Below, piece by piece: positions 62,001 through 64,000 of a stretch of DNA of 64,000 bases (position 1 is the first letter of the stretch; each line of letters begins with the position of its first letter). The stretch covers positions 310,001-374,000 of the forward strand of contig NW_020845543.1 of assembly GCF_003704095.1 (NCBI RefSeq). Direction: 5' to 3'. The translations under genes and the position numbers were made by a program. This DNA is from Pocillopora damicornis (taxonomy: Eukaryota). The notes below the pieces were generated by a model, which saw only the letters and a program-made list of their open reading frames with translations, searched no databases and had not been told where the DNA came from.

Positions 62001-63696
62001 TCACGTGCACATCCCAGTTTTAAAGAACGATTACAGCAAGGATGGCTCCGGTGTGTGTATAACAACAGAGGAAGAGAACCATTTCTCGGACAACAAACAG
62101 GTATTTATCCAAACGTAACCATTTACAGTAGTATTTCTAAATAACCTTTTTCTTAGACGATTCCTCTCGCGCACAACTAGCGTATAAACGATTATAAAAA
62201 GTTGAATTATCTAATTACTTCAATTCATTCCGGCAATCCTGGGCTCAGGTTATGTGGTGTAATCGCAATTGGTGCGCATTTAACGCCTTTTTGCGTTTGT
62301 GCATTCTTATAATGTTCTTACTCCGCATAATGCCGAGCTCAACGTCAAAATCTGTCTTAAATGAACACCAATTGCAACTGAACTGTTCTTATTACATGAA
62401 AAATAAGAGCTCTGTTAAGTAAGTGATCTTTCTTGGCATACATGCTCTAATAAGTAAGCATGTAGGTTAACCGTGACATCACATTCGCATACTTCGTGTC
62501 TTTAATTGAGATCTTTAGAATTGGTTCGTTCCCTGATATATTCTTTATTGAATAGCTTATTTTTAAACTGTTAACCTCAAAAAATCTGACAGCATATGCT
62601 ATAGATTAACTTCGACATACAAAATTAGACTTTTCATCAAATGTAACAACCGTTTCTCAACTGGAAAGGAAAAAAACACTGTGATGTGCAGGCTGACAAC
62701 TGAAAGAGTCTCAAGTCTCTCCTTCACATAAATTAAATTCAAACTAAAGTATACAGTAAGGAAAGCCACTTACGGCTATCCATTGGAACGATTTGTTACA
62801 TTATTGTTTCATGGCCAGAATTGCCATCCAGAAGTTGTATTTTCAGATAAAATTTAAATTGTTGTTTATCCAGCAGATAAAGTTTGAAGACATAGCAGTC
62901 AGTCTAGGTATGACAGCAATACAACAACAGCCGCCCAAGGCTCCAGACTGTCTGTTTGACCAGTACGATCCAAACATGAAAATTTGGATCCCGGGCTCCT
63001 TTTGCATCGTGGAAATCAGTTCCGGAGCGGCAGCAACCGCTGACTACGATGGTGATGGGCTCATGGATATTTACTATGCTCGTATGGATGGTCCAGATCA
63101 ATTGTGGCGTAACCTTGGCAACGGAACTTTCAAAGACTTTACCGCCGCTGCCAACCTGAGCTCCACGGCTTTCCATCGTTCGTCGGCAGTTGCTTGGCTG
63201 GATGTTGACAACGACGGTGATATGGATCTCTATGTAGGCACCATGGCAGAGAGCAAATTTTTTTTGTACATAAATGATGGCATGGGCCATTTTAAAGATG
63301 AGGCAGAGGAGAGGGGCGTTGCTTTAAGGCCTGCAATATCACCCTACAAAACAAGTACCATGACAATTGCAGTTGGAGACTACGACAGAGATGGTTGGCT
63401 GGATGTCTACACAACAGAGTGGCTTCCTCATCTTGATCTTGGTTTCGACTACAAAAACTACACTCATTCCAACTGTCGCTTGCTTAGAAACCTTGGCGCG
63501 CAAGGCAAACCGGGATACTTTGAAGATGTAACCGAAGGTGCAGGACTGGGTATCACCAAGGAACCATCCGTAGCTGCAGACAGATTTGGTGGAGTGGATG
63601 TGAGATATTATGGAGTAATGAACACAGGGCTTCTCAGAGACATCATCCCAGGACCATTCCAGCTGGCAGCCATGTTCACTGATTTGGACGGTGACG
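56001..63696 (+). CDS. Secreted Ig/cadherin-like repeat plus FG-GAP repeat protein (CRTAC1/ASPIC-UnbV-like), 3'-incomplete; exons 56001-56049, 61637-62100, 62874(or 62877)-63696
   Basis: Exon 1 (MRLFFFCALLTGAVTN-G|gtgagt; signal peptide, phase 1) joins in frame to exon 2 (GLQDSFTIITDEDEPVTFD...PKYG...TYIPYEDFSGEDVFVYSY...IPVLKND). Exon 3 has DYDGDGLMDIY, WLDVDNDGDMDLYV, GDYDRDGWLDVY and FTDLDGDG repeats with LWRNLGNGTFKD-type strands. The donor at 63697 shows the gene continues beyond the window. In-frame upstream ATG at 55926. Confidence 0.85.
60011..60110 (+). mobile_element. Penelope-like repeat, copy D (hammerhead stems intact, two core substitutions)
   Basis: gct-CTAACGA-a-gggc tgac gctc-GAA-GC-GTC-agc, followed by the family blocks cggtggccaatt and ttatcaactcagttgataa. 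Confidence 0.7.
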
Positions 63697-64000
63697 GTAA
63701 GGAAAAACTGAGAACATCAAATATATTGTGGTTTTGACAAGTAACGATTCGCAGGGTCAAACAAAAATCTTTCATTTTAGGTTACCAACGAGTCTCTAAT
63801 TATTATAACACAACCGACAATAGCTTAGATGTGGCTTAAACATTTATACTATATAGGGGGTCTTTTAGATAGCCTATTTTTTTTTTCGATGCGGATTTCC
63901 GACTGCTTTAAAGAGCTTGTATGGACTACGATAAGCAAACAAGTCTTTAAACGTTTTTCGTATGAGTGTCATAAAATCGTTCCAAAGTAATCACAGCACC

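Noticed and set aside
1-64000. CRISPR arrays, rRNA, operons or bacterial contamination
   Set aside because: No repeat-spacer arrays or rRNA seen. Genes have spliceosomal introns and animal repeats throughout, including the bacterial-looking CRTAC1-like gene.

Overview
AT-rich animal genomic DNA with GT-AG introns and one 100-N assembly gap (10729-10828). Gene and repeat content suggests an anthozoan, probably a stony coral (inference). From left to right: (1) two ~4.5-4.8 kb paralogous blocks, each with a 3-exon gene for a secreted 311-aa protein (PAN/apple domain, fibrinogen-N-like motif, unnamed Cys-rich C-terminal domain). Between them lie an intronless rhodopsin-class GPCR, its decayed tandem paralog and a LINE fragment. 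(2) A complete 19-exon ARMC8 (GID5/CTLH subunit) gene on the minus strand. Its largest intron hosts an antisense, intronless 983-aa multi-cysteine-cluster Toll-like receptor, preceded by a perfect palindromic NF-kB site, IRF-like sites and a TATA box. (3) A 4-exon TRMT112 gene. (4) About 11 kb with no recognisable gene, then the 5' part of a secreted protein joining a bacterial-style Ig/cadherin-like repeat to FG-GAP (CRTAC1-like) Ca-binding repeats. A dispersed palindromic repeat occurs four times, and its consensus folds into a minimal type I hammerhead ribozyme of the kind found in Penelope-like retroelements. Exon boundaries were read by eye and checked for phase; no database searches were run.
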